NCBI RefSeq assembly: GCF_001465295.1
Contig: NZ_CP011034.1
Span: 1,320,001 to 1,352,000, forward strand
Length of the DNA stretch: 32,000 nt
From: Pseudoalteromonas translucida KMM 520
GTDB lineage: Bacteria > Pseudomonadota > Gammaproteobacteria > Enterobacterales > Alteromonadaceae
Direction: 5' to 3'
Position 1 is the first letter of the stretch; every line of letters begins with the position of its first letter. A model generated the notes under the pieces. That model was not told where the DNA came from and searched no databases. It worked only from the letters and a program-made list of their open reading frames with translations. This document shows positions 23,301 to 30,529 of the stretch, piece by piece. The translations under genes were made by a program, and so were the position numbers.

Positions 23301-26300
23301 TGATGAGGCAAACAACAAGCAGCTAAAATTTGCAGCAGAGATAATATCGCAACAGAAAACCTTTGTTGATGATCAGGGCGCGCTTGCTGAGTCTATTTTT
23401 GCGCTACGTTCTGAATTTGGCGACAGCCAGGCAGAGCTATATACCTTGAAAGAAACGTATGCTGGCAACGTGCTAGCAACTGCGAAGGAGTTTAACAAAC
23501 TAGAGTCAAGCATAGGCGACGTATCAGCAACGCTATTAAATAGCTATGACACATCGGCCACGACAACAGAAGCGATAGCTAATGCGGTTTTGGCCCTTAA
23601 ATCTGAAATAGAAGATCCTGCAGGGGATAGTGTAGCCGCCAACCTACAGGTGAACTACTACACCAAAACTGATACTGATAACGCACTAAGCGAGCTAACC
23701 ACGCAGTTAAACGCAAGCGTCACCGGTTTATCAGCTGAAATTTATGAAAACATTTATACTAAGGTCGATGCGGACAGCGCTATAAGCTCGGCTGTTACTG
23801 CGCTTCGCTCAGACGTTGATAGTGATATAGGCGAACTTAGTGCAGGAATAGAGCAAAACTACTACACCAAAACGGATGCGGACAGCGCAATAGCACAGGC
23901 TAACCAACTGCTAAAATCGGCTATTGAAGATCCGGAAGGTAGTAGCCTGGGCGCAACCTTGTTTAATGCTTACTACACAAGCACTCAAGCAGATAGCGCG
24001 ATAAGTGAGGCCACAACGGCCCTTAAATCTGTTTTAGATAGTGACATAGGTAGCGTTACTGCGGACTTGCAAAACAATCACTCTACTACAGCGCAAACAA
24101 ATCTCGCCATTTCAGAAGCGACCCAGCAGTTAAAAAGTGCTATTGAAGATCCCGCCGGCGACAGTTTAGCGGCGGATATTTACACTAACTTTTCAACCAA
24201 GGCTGATACAACTAGCGCCATTAGTGAAGCGACAACAGCGCTAAAATCTACACTCGATGGCGATATAGGTGCGGTTTCGTCCGACTTGCAGACTAACTAT
24301 TTAACTAGCACGCAAACAGATGAAGCCATTAGCCAAGCGAATACCTTATTAAAATCGACAATAGACGATGATATAAGCTCAGTAGCCGCAGACCTACAAA
24401 CTAACTACCTAACAAGCACGCAATCTAACCAGGCGATAAGCGAAGCTACTACAGCGCTTAAATCTGTTTTAGACGGCGATATAGGAAGTGTTGCGGCGGA
24501 CTTGCAGAACAACCACTCTACGACAGCAGAAACAAATTTAGCTATATCCCAGGCAACCCAGCAACTTAAAAGCGCAATCGAAGATCCTGCCGGAGATAGC
24601 TTAGCGGCAGATATTTACACCAATTTCTCAACCAAGACAGATACAACCAGCGCAATAAGCCAAGCAACTACGGCACTAAAATCTACACTTGATGGCGAAA
24701 TTGGCACAGTAGCATCGGATTTGCAGACTAACTACTACACGAAAACTAACACTGACAGCGCCATTAGCCAGGCGACTACGGCGTTAAAATCTACGCTGGA
24801 CGGCGATATAGGTGCGGTAGCCTCAGACTTACAGACTAATTATTTAACCAGCACGCAAACGGATCAGGCAATAAGCCAGGCAACCACAACATTAAAATCC
24901 ACACTGGATGGTGATATTGGCGAGGTGGCCGCAGATCTGCAAAACAACTATCGCACAGAGACAGATACCGATACGGCAATCAGCCAGGCAACAACTGTTT
25001 TAAAAAGTGAGATTGAAGATCCGGAAGGCAACAGCCTGGGCGCTACGTTATTTAATGACTTTCAAACTAAGGTGGATGCGGACAAATCAACGGCAACGAC
25101 TAACCAGCAACTTAGGGCAGAGTTTGAGCCAAGCGCACAAGCGGTAATTGAAAACGCATTAGCGAATGACCTGGGGCAAGGCAGAAGAGCGCTAGCCGAG
25201 GCTGATATAATCAACAAGCAAACTGTTTTTGCTAATGAGCAAGAAGCACTAGCCGAATCCATTACCCTGCTAAATACGTCGATTGACGAAAGTAACTCAA
25301 ACCTTTACCAGCTACAAAAGACTTTTGCCAGCAAGACGCAGGCAACCGCACAGGATTTATTAAAGCTCGATAGCAGTGTTGGCGATGTTAAGGCTGATTT
25401 AGTAAATAACTACTTCACTAGCGCAGACGTTAACGAGGCAATAGCCAGTGCAGATATGGCTTTGCGTGCTGCCATAAAAGGCGGCGACGATGAAGCTTTA
25501 GAGACTGTAACGGCAGAGCTACAAACCAATTATTATACAAAGGCATCGGCAGATAGCGCCATTGCAGAAGCGACGACGCAACTTAAAAGCGCCATTGAGG
25601 ACCCTAACGGATCAAGTGTTGGTGCTGATTTATACGTTAACTATTCAACAACTACTGAAACAGGCTTAGCTATAAGCTCAGCTGTTACCGGGCTAAAGTC
25701 TACAATTGATACTGATATTGGCAACTTAAGCGCTGGATTGTCGCAGAATTACTACACAAAAACCGATACAGATAGTGCAATAAGCCAGGCTACTACAGCT
25801 TTAAAGTCAACACTTGATGGCGATATTGGCGACTTGAATGCGGTTTTGCAGACGGACTATTACACTAAGGTAGCCACGGATAGCGCGATTAGCTCAGCAG
25901 TAACCACCTTAAAGTCTACGCTGGATAGTGATATAGGAAGTTTGGGCGCAGTATTGCAGGCAAACTACTACACTAAAACAGCGGCGGATAGTGCGCTTAG
26001 CTCAGCAGTAACTAATCTAGGCTCTAAAATTGACACTGATATAGGCGTTGTTAATTCAGGGCTGCAAACAAATTACTACACTAAAACAGCAACAGATAGC
26101 GCCATTAGCTCAGCAGTAACTACGCTTGAATCAAGTGTGGGTGATGATATTGGCGACTTAAGCGCGGTACTACAGGCCAACTACTACACGAAAACAAACA
26201 CTGACGGCGCAATTAGTAGCGCCAGCCAGGTGCTAAAAGCCGCTATTGAGGACAAAAACGGTAACAGTGTGGGTGCCAGCCTGCAAACACTTGGCGAAAC

Positions 26301-27462
26301 CGTGGCAACAAATGACGGTAAATTCTCTTCTTTGTGGGGCGTAAAGACCAGCGTTAACGGCTTGCAGTCGAGTATTGGCCTAGTGAACGACGGCGTAGAG
26401 CCTATCTTTGCAGTTAAGGGCGCTAAGTTTGCGATTATAACGGATCAAGATCCTACTAACTTAACACCGGTATTTGCAGTTTCAAGCGGTAAAACGGTAA
26501 TTAACACGGCGATAATTGACCAGGCATTTATAAAAAGCCTGGTTACAGATGATTTATTATCTAATCGTATACTGGTTGGCTCCCGCTTTACGTCGCCGTC
26601 TATCAACTACAATCCCGCCAATGGCGCAAGGAGCAATAACTTTTCAATTGACCCTGGCGGCAACATGCTTGCTAAGAGCGCGACGCTTGAGTCGGTAACT
26701 ATTAAAGACAGTTACGGCAATGTTGTTATGTCGTCTACCGGTGCCATACCTTCATCAAAAGTAACTGGCCTGGGGGCTTTAGCCGCTAAAAGCTCACTGT
26801 CTTATAATGAGGTAACAGGCACGCCCGCGCTTGGCTCATTGGCTTACTTAAACTCGCTCGCTTACAACAGCATAACCGGCAAGCCGTCACTAGGTCCTTT
26901 TGCTGGACTTAGTAAAATATTGAGTTCAAACGTTACAACCTATATAGCCAACGGCGCTATTGGTAGTGCGCAAATAGATACGGCGTATATCAACTCGTTG
27001 TTTGGTCAAAACGCGAGCTTTTATGGCACCGTGTATGCGAACAATATTGAGGGCGATGTAACTGATATAAAGTCAAAATCAACATCGTTTGTAACAACCT
27101 CATCTTCGGCGGAGCTAACAGTGGTAACATTTACAGTGTCGGCACTTCCTTTTACAAGAAACGTGATGATTTGCGGGGTGGAAACGACAGGCTCAGGAGC
27201 TAGCGGATCGGCTCCCAACGTTGAAGTGCTTCTATATGTTTCCGGCTACTCAGGGGCGCGAGACAAATATCTTTGTTCTCATTCAAGTACAGGATCTAGC
27301 GTGGCAATATCAATGCCACTAGTTGCAACCATACCCGCCAATAGCACCAGGACAGTAACAGTTAAGATTAGGAAGGTGGGCGGCAGCAGTTCAAGCACTG
27401 CGACTGCGCGAGCGCAGAATGTGGTGTGCCAAGTATTCAAGTCGGGTTCTACAATTTCATAA
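20314..27462 (+). CDS. Giant host-specificity/tail fibre protein (2382 aa): FN3 domain, tandem-repeat shaft, lambda-J-like C-terminal region
   Basis: FN3-like APVNLSATGGFTFIALTWDRP...AEIWRS...EFYYWVRFVNV. There are about 39 repeats of ~36 aa. The C-terminus (LWGVKTSVNGLQSSIGLVNDG...FAII...TPVFAV..GKTVINTAIIDQAFIKSL...GTVYANNIEGDV) parallels lambda J (WGMKLEQT...IAFID...[21 protein letters not shown]...GTLRAEKIVGDI), as recalled from memory. Confidence 0.85.
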   Translation: MAKLTKGGFSGIARKAKQSQSEGAITENIEILTGQRGSGENRALLVKDLVNLDDMKRNALINSAKGGNNSGGLPIVVGGIQRPHAPVNLSATGGFTFIALTWDRPTYRGHAYAEIWRSETDAYNTATLIATEVADVFSDSVNMGAEFYYWVRFVNVADMKGPTQGAKGIYAKTVESAASILDEIGGKIEGSHLGDFLTSEIGKIPEIDFTLNEVITVEIPKLKVDVDSFGADADQLRIDADSLRVDVDSNLAAIPPLKLDVDKIKLTEIPKLKTDIDQLNVDVPALRADVDKNLVDIPALRIDVDKNLLEIPDIKSDVSAINVEIPAIRQDLIDLTGESAEIKAIADTAKQRVESVEASSETLARQLIESASVNDTNWQSNTTKLIAFESSLENVNARIESDFLTKTEANEAIAAASQTIRTEIEESGLALSGDIESTYYTKTTTDQAIAQATQDIKAQIEDPLGSSVGAQLKSQHYTKVDADSAISFSAEQLKSAIENPAGTSLGALINNDYYTSIATDSAIAAYGLQLKSDIENPEGDSIGASLKTDYYTKTDTDSAISQATTLLSSEITGATDQIDTINATLTSDYYTSAEADQAVSAATQLLKSEIENPLGSSVGATLFNNYSTTTTTNEAISQATTELKSTLDGDIGAISADLGSNYYTIASTDSAISQATQLLKSAIEDPLGTSIGATLATEYSTTVDIDQAISEATTQLNSNIDSAEADIYQNVYTKVEADTAISGSVTALRSELSKVIEDGDTALFQDFSADLQTNYYTKTQADGAISSATTALKSALDSDIGNVTTELQDNYLTKVGTNSAISQATQLLKSEIEDPEGNSLGATLFTDYSTKTEVNLAISEATTQLNTNLDNLQSDVYNNFYTKTDADSSIAGSVTALRSELMQVIDDGNSDAVQSIEADLQTNYYTNVATDSAISEATTLLKTTIEDPQGDSLGAELFNRYYTKTDTDGALAELNTQLRAEYQPLSEAVIENALANDEANNKQLKFAAEIISQQKTFVDDQGALAESIFALRSEFGDSQAELYTLKETYAGNVLATAKEFNKLESSIGDVSATLLNSYDTSATTTEAIANAVLALKSEIEDPAGDSVAANLQVNYYTKTDTDNALSELTTQLNASVTGLSAEIYENIYTKVDADSAISSAVTALRSDVDSDIGELSAGIEQNYYTKTDADSAIAQANQLLKSAIEDPEGSSLGATLFNAYYTSTQADSAISEATTALKSVLDSDIGSVTADLQNNHSTTAQTNLAISEATQQLKSAIEDPAGDSLAADIYTNFSTKADTTSAISEATTALKSTLDGDIGAVSSDLQTNYLTSTQTDEAISQANTLLKSTIDDDISSVAADLQTNYLTSTQSNQAISEATTALKSVLDGDIGSVAADLQNNHSTTAETNLAISQATQQLKSAIEDPAGDSLAADIYTNFSTKTDTTSAISQATTALKSTLDGEIGTVASDLQTNYYTKTNTDSAISQATTALKSTLDGDIGAVASDLQTNYLTSTQTDQAISQATTTLKSTLDGDIGEVAADLQNNYRTETDTDTAISQATTVLKSEIEDPEGNSLGATLFNDFQTKVDADKSTATTNQQLRAEFEPSAQAVIENALANDLGQGRRALAEADIINKQTVFANEQEALAESITLLNTSIDESNSNLYQLQKTFASKTQATAQDLLKLDSSVGDVKADLVNNYFTSADVNEAIASADMALRAAIKGGDDEALETVTAELQTNYYTKASADSAIAEATTQLKSAIEDPNGSSVGADLYVNYSTTTETGLAISSAVTGLKSTIDTDIGNLSAGLSQNYYTKTDTDSAISQATTALKSTLDGDIGDLNAVLQTDYYTKVATDSAISSAVTTLKSTLDSDIGSLGAVLQANYYTKTAADSALSSAVTNLGSKIDTDIGVVNSGLQTNYYTKTATDSAISSAVTTLESSVGDDIGDLSAVLQANYYTKTNTDGAISSASQVLKAAIEDKNGNSVGASLQTLGETVATNDGKFSSLWGVKTSVNGLQSSIGLVNDGVEPIFAVKGAKFAIITDQDPTNLTPVFAVSSGKTVINTAIIDQAFIKSLVTDDLLSNRILVGSRFTSPSINYNPANGARSNNFSIDPGGNMLAKSATLESVTIKDSYGNVVMSSTGAIPSSKVTGLGALAAKSSLSYNEVTGTPALGSLAYLNSLAYNSITGKPSLGPFAGLSKILSSNVTTYIANGAIGSAQIDTAYINSLFGQNASFYGTVYANNIEGDVTDIKSKSTSFVTTSSSAELTVVTFTVSALPFTRNVMICGVETTGSGASGSAPNVEVLLYVSGYSGARDKYLCSHSSTGSSVAISMPLVATIPANSTRTVTVKIRKVGGSSSSTATARAQNVVCQVFKSGSTIS
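20920..21315 (+). repeat. Short-period coding repeats (I/V)P-x-(L/I)-(K/R)-x-D-(V/I)-D
   Basis: Eight copies seen in the translation: IPEIDF, IPKLKVDVD, IPPLKLDVD, IPKLKTDID, VPALRADVD, IPALRIDVD, IPDIKSDVS, IPAIRQDLI. Related QLRIDAD and SLRVDVD segments also occur. Confidence 0.7.
21517..26290 (+). repeat. Coding tandem-repeat array, about 39 units of 32-44 aa (mode 36-37)
   Basis: Manual segmentation of the translation. The unit consensus is YYTKTDTDSAISQATTALKS followed by either IEDPxGxSxGAxLxxN or LDGDIGxxxxDLQTN. Two ~100-aa non-repeat modules break the array into three blocks. Confidence 0.85.
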
Positions 27463-27500
27463 TGGATAAACCCCCCAATATAGGTTAATATTTTACCATA

Positions 27501-27926
27501 ATGGAAAAATCGTATCTGCAATGTGTTGTGTGGGAAAACCACCGCGACCGGCTTAAAGAGCCAATAACTCGAATAGGTAATATTGCAAACGACCCACACC
27601 TATACTCTGAAATAAATAAAGCCTGCTCAAATGAGCGGGCTTTTTTGTTTTTAGCACCCGATGGTTTTGTTGTTTTATGGCCGCGCCACATTGATAAAAA
27701 TACATTTATTGAAGTGACCATTGCGTCTTGCCATGGCGGAAACGCAGTGCAACGCTACCTTCGTCATATCATTAGGCTTGCCCGTTGTGGTAACGCTTCT
27801 TTTATAGAATTTGCAACCGCCAGGCGCGGTTTTAACAAAATAGCCCCCCTGCATGGCTGGGTTCGCAGTGGCGAGCGCGACAACTTAACAATATGGCGGC
27901 ACTTTTTAGAGGTTGATAATGGGTAA
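27501..27926 (+). CDS. Hypothetical protein, weakly GNAT-like; 5' part doubtful
   Basis: The stop overlaps the next gene start (ATGGGTAA), which supports translation of the 3' part. FIEVTIASCHGGNAVQRYLRHIIRLARCGNASFIEFATARRGFNKIAPLHGW loosely resembles the GNAT beta4-alpha3-beta5-alpha4 region. There is no RBS before ATG 27501, and a textbook terminator hairpin lies inside codons ~40-50. Confidence 0.45.
   Translation: MEKSYLQCVVWENHRDRLKEPITRIGNIANDPHLYSEINKACSNERAFLFLAPDGFVVLWPRHIDKNTFIEVTIASCHGGNAVQRYLRHIIRLARCGNASFIEFATARRGFNKIAPLHGWVRSGERDNLTIWRHFLEVDNG
27618..27651 (+). terminator. Intrinsic terminator-like hairpin ~160 nt downstream of the giant fibre gene, inside the predicted ORF
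   Basis: AAAGCCTGCTC pairs with GAGCGGGCTTT (one G-T pair), loop AAAT, followed by TTTTTTGTTTTT. Confidence 0.6.
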
Positions 27927-28554
27927 AAGTAACGAAGTAAAAGAAACTGAATATGAAAAGGAGCTTGCGAAAGTGTACGCCGAGGAATGGGAGCTTTATC
28001 AAGAGAAAATTGTGCCGTTTGAAAACATGGTTATTGACGATGCGAAGCAATCTAATGATGAAAGTGTTTACGGCGATATAGCTGAAAACACCAACCTTGG
28101 CTATAAAAAATCATTTTCAGAAGCGAGTAATAACACGCTAGCAAATATGGAGGCTAGCGGGATAAACCCCAATAGCGGCAAGTTTAAAAACGCTGTTAGC
28201 GATATGGCTGACGGCGAAGCGTCTGTAACGAGTGATGCTATTGCTCGCTCGCAAGTTGCTGGGCAGGACCGTTACATAGGCAAGATGAGCAACATCATGG
28301 CAATGGGCCAGGGGCAATCTCAGCAAGCGACGGCAACGCTTAGTGATATAGCGTATGGCTCGCAGCAAAAGGCATTTAGCGATGCGAAAAACAACCAGGC
28401 TATAAGCGATAGCTACATAGGCGCAGCGGGAGCTGTTGCAGGTGCTGCAGGTAGTTATTACTCAAACCTGCCCGCCGGAACAGTAACGCCAAGCGCCAAT
28501 ACTAACGCCGCAACTACCAGCGATATAAACAATGCACTAACAGGGGGAGGTTAA
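27919..28554 (+). CDS. Putative internal virion/ejection protein
   Basis: AGAGG at 27908-27912 precedes ATG 27919; the track start is TTG 27913. The protein is rich in Q/S/A/G/N and has a C-terminal Gly/Ala stretch (IGAAGAVAGAAGSYY). It opens a coupled five-gene block. Confidence 0.55.
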   Translation: MGKSNEVKETEYEKELAKVYAEEWELYQEKIVPFENMVIDDAKQSNDESVYGDIAENTNLGYKKSFSEASNNTLANMEASGINPNSGKFKNAVSDMADGEASVTSDAIARSQVAGQDRYIGKMSNIMAMGQGQSQQATATLSDIAYGSQQKAFSDAKNNQAISDSYIGAAGAVAGAAGSYYSNLPAGTVTPSANTNAATTSDINNALTGGG

Positions 28555-28555
28555 T

Positions 28556-29026
28556 ATGGCTAGCATATACAGCGGTACGGTTGACTCAGCAACGAACCAA
28601 GTGGAAAACGCGGATCTTGCTAATGCTGATCCGGGAAATGTACGCACAGACAAGTACCAAAACGCGCTAGCCGACTTAACGCGCCAGCAATTTGAAGATT
28701 ACAAAAACCGTTTTTTACCGGTGCAAGAGGAATTGTTTGGCCTAGCTACCAGTGACAAGCTACTGAACGAGCAAATGCAGCGCAATGAGAAAAATATAGA
28801 CAATGCTTTTGCTCAATCCAAAGTTGCTGAATCGCAGCGCTTGGGCCGATATGGTTTATCACCCGAAGAAACAGCCCAAGGCAGTGCCAATGAAGGACTA
28901 CTAAAAGGGCTTACTACAGCTTCAATCAACAACGAAACTCGCGAGTCTGTAGATGATTTGCAAAATAAAATTTTAACGGGGCAAGGCGGCGCGCCACAAT
29001 CCCTAGCTGATATAGGTGGAAAATAA
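28556..29026 (+). CDS. Putative internal virion protein
   Basis: GGGGGAGG RBS. The start is 1 nt after the upstream stop, and there is a TAATG overlap downstream. Confidence 0.55.
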   Translation: MASIYSGTVDSATNQVENADLANADPGNVRTDKYQNALADLTRQQFEDYKNRFLPVQEELFGLATSDKLLNEQMQRNEKNIDNAFAQSKVAESQRLGRYGLSPEETAQGSANEGLLKGLTTASINNETRESVDDLQNKILTGQGGAPQSLADIGGK

Positions 29027-29262
29027 TGTCTTACTCAATTATGCAATCGGGCCAAAGCACGAAAGGCAAAGCGACCGACTCATTAAAAACGCTGTCGGAT
29101 ATGGAGCAAAAGCGCGACATAACCAATGAAGGCATAAAAACGCAGAAAAAAACGTCGCAAATGAGCGGTGCAGCTTCGGGCGCAATGGTTGGCTTTACCG
29201 TTGGTGGGCCTTGGGGCGCAGCTATTGGCGGCGCAATTGGCTTAGTGGCTGGCGGACTTTAA
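29026..29262 (+). CDS. Small protein with a C-terminal glycine-zipper membrane helix
   Basis: GAASGAMVGFTVGGPWGAAIGGAIGLVAGGL forms the C-terminus. GGTGGA RBS. Coupled to both neighbouring genes. Confidence 0.55.
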   Translation: MSYSIMQSGQSTKGKATDSLKTLSDMEQKRDITNEGIKTQKKTSQMSGAASGAMVGFTVGGPWGAAIGGAIGLVAGGL

Positions 29263-29272
29263 GGGGTAATTT

Positions 29273-30529
29273 ATGGCAGGTGCATTTGTAGACGGCGCAT
29301 TAAAAGGCTTTGAAATGATGGAGCGCCACCAGGCGCGCAAGGACGACAAGGCTCGACTTTCTATCATGGATGAGCGTAATGAAGAGCGCTACCGTGAGAG
29401 CATTGAAAGACAAAACCGAATGGATGAAGAGAGCCGTAAAAACCGCGAAAGCGATGTTACGTGGCGAGAGAGTCAAGCGGAAAGTACCAATAACTACCGC
29501 AACGATGCGCTAACGGCGAATAAGGAGCAGACTAAGTGGCAGCAAAACTACAAAAACCAGCAAGCGCAATGGCAAAAAGATCAGCAGGCAATACCCGTCG
29601 CATGGCAATCATTCAGAGAAACGGGGCAGGTACCAGAAGAGCTTAGCGATGTGCTAGAGCGAAACAAAGGTATGGACCCAAGAACCTATATGAACCCACA
29701 GTACCGCGCAGAAGTTAAAGGGCTGGGTGAAAAGCTTGATAACGTAATCAAGAGCGGCAACATGGCAGAAGCCAACTCGCCAGAAACGTTAAATCTATTT
29801 AACAATGTTTTTAAAGACAAGATAAGTCAATCGGTAGGACAGTTCGATGAAAAGGTTAACTCTAAAATTGCCAGTGTTGATTTTGCCGGGTTCGTTCCGG
29901 CCGAGCGCGAGGACGGTAGCGTAGCCCTGGCGCTCAAGGTGACGTATGCAAATGGATCACAAGAAATAAAACCTATGACCAAAGGGCGCTCGTCTGACGG
30001 CGACGATCCGGTAATGACCTACACGCCGAAAGAGCTTGTAAACACTATAAAAACGCGTGCCATGATGGCCGATATGATGGAACGCCCTGAGTATTGGGAC
30101 AAAATGGGCGCAGAGGTCGCCGCAAACTTTGGCCGTGGCACGAAAGCAAGCGCCGGCAAAGGTGGAGATAATGGGTATCAAAAGCAACTCAACTCGATAC
30201 AAGATGAAATGACTAAAGCGCTCGCTAAAATCGAAGGCGGATCAGACCTGGACTACCTTGATGATGGTGGTAGAGAGGAAGCTAAAAACAGAGTTAAGAA
30301 GCTTTATCAAGAGCGTATAGAGCAGCTACAGCAGTCTTACGGTACATCATCTAGCAGCAAGCCTACAAATTCTAATCAGACAAATGAATCTGTTAAATAC
30401 ATTAGTAAAATAGATGGCGTTGATGCCAAGGGCGTTATCTCCAAATTCATGGAAGCGAACAAAAATTTATCAGAACAGCAAGCTACACAAATAGCCATTC
30501 AGCAAGGGTATTTATCAAATGACCAATAA
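29273..30529 (+). CDS. Putative internal virion protein, highly charged and Q/N/R/E-rich
   Basis: AAGGGG RBS, 418 aa. The N-terminal ~120 aa are charged low-complexity sequence. It overlaps the next ORF by 11 nt. Confidence 0.6.
   Translation: MAGAFVDGALKGFEMMERHQARKDDKARLSIMDERNEERYRESIERQNRMDEESRKNRESDVTWRESQAESTNNYRNDALTANKEQTKWQQNYKNQQAQWQKDQQAIPVAWQSFRETGQVPEELSDVLERNKGMDPRTYMNPQYRAEVKGLGEKLDNVIKSGNMAEANSPETLNLFNNVFKDKISQSVGQFDEKVNSKIASVDFAGFVPAEREDGSVALALKVTYANGSQEIKPMTKGRSSDGDDPVMTYTPKELVNTIKTRAMMADMMERPEYWDKMGAEVAANFGRGTKASAGKGGDNGYQKQLNSIQDEMTKALAKIEGGSDLDYLDDGGREEAKNRVKKLYQERIEQLQQSYGTSSSSKPTNSNQTNESVKYISKIDGVDAKGVISKFMEANKNLSEQQATQIAIQQGYLSNDQ

Noticed and set aside
23971-24840. 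The near-duplicate 435-nt segments could be a diversity-generating retroelement template/variable repeat pair.
   Set aside because: The differences involve all base types and are mostly synonymous third positions, not adenine-specific. No reverse transcriptase or accessory gene is present in the window.
21517-26290. The regular ~108-nt periodicity could suggest a CRISPR array or a non-coding satellite.
   Set aside because: The repeats are in-frame protein repeats within one uninterrupted 7.1-kb ORF. There is no repeat/unique-spacer alternation, and the nucleotide copies are diverged at synonymous sites.
27583-27606. TTGCAA ... TATACT resembles a sigma70 promoter after the fibre gene.
   Set aside because: The spacer is only 12 nt (27589-27600), outside the functional 16-19 nt range.
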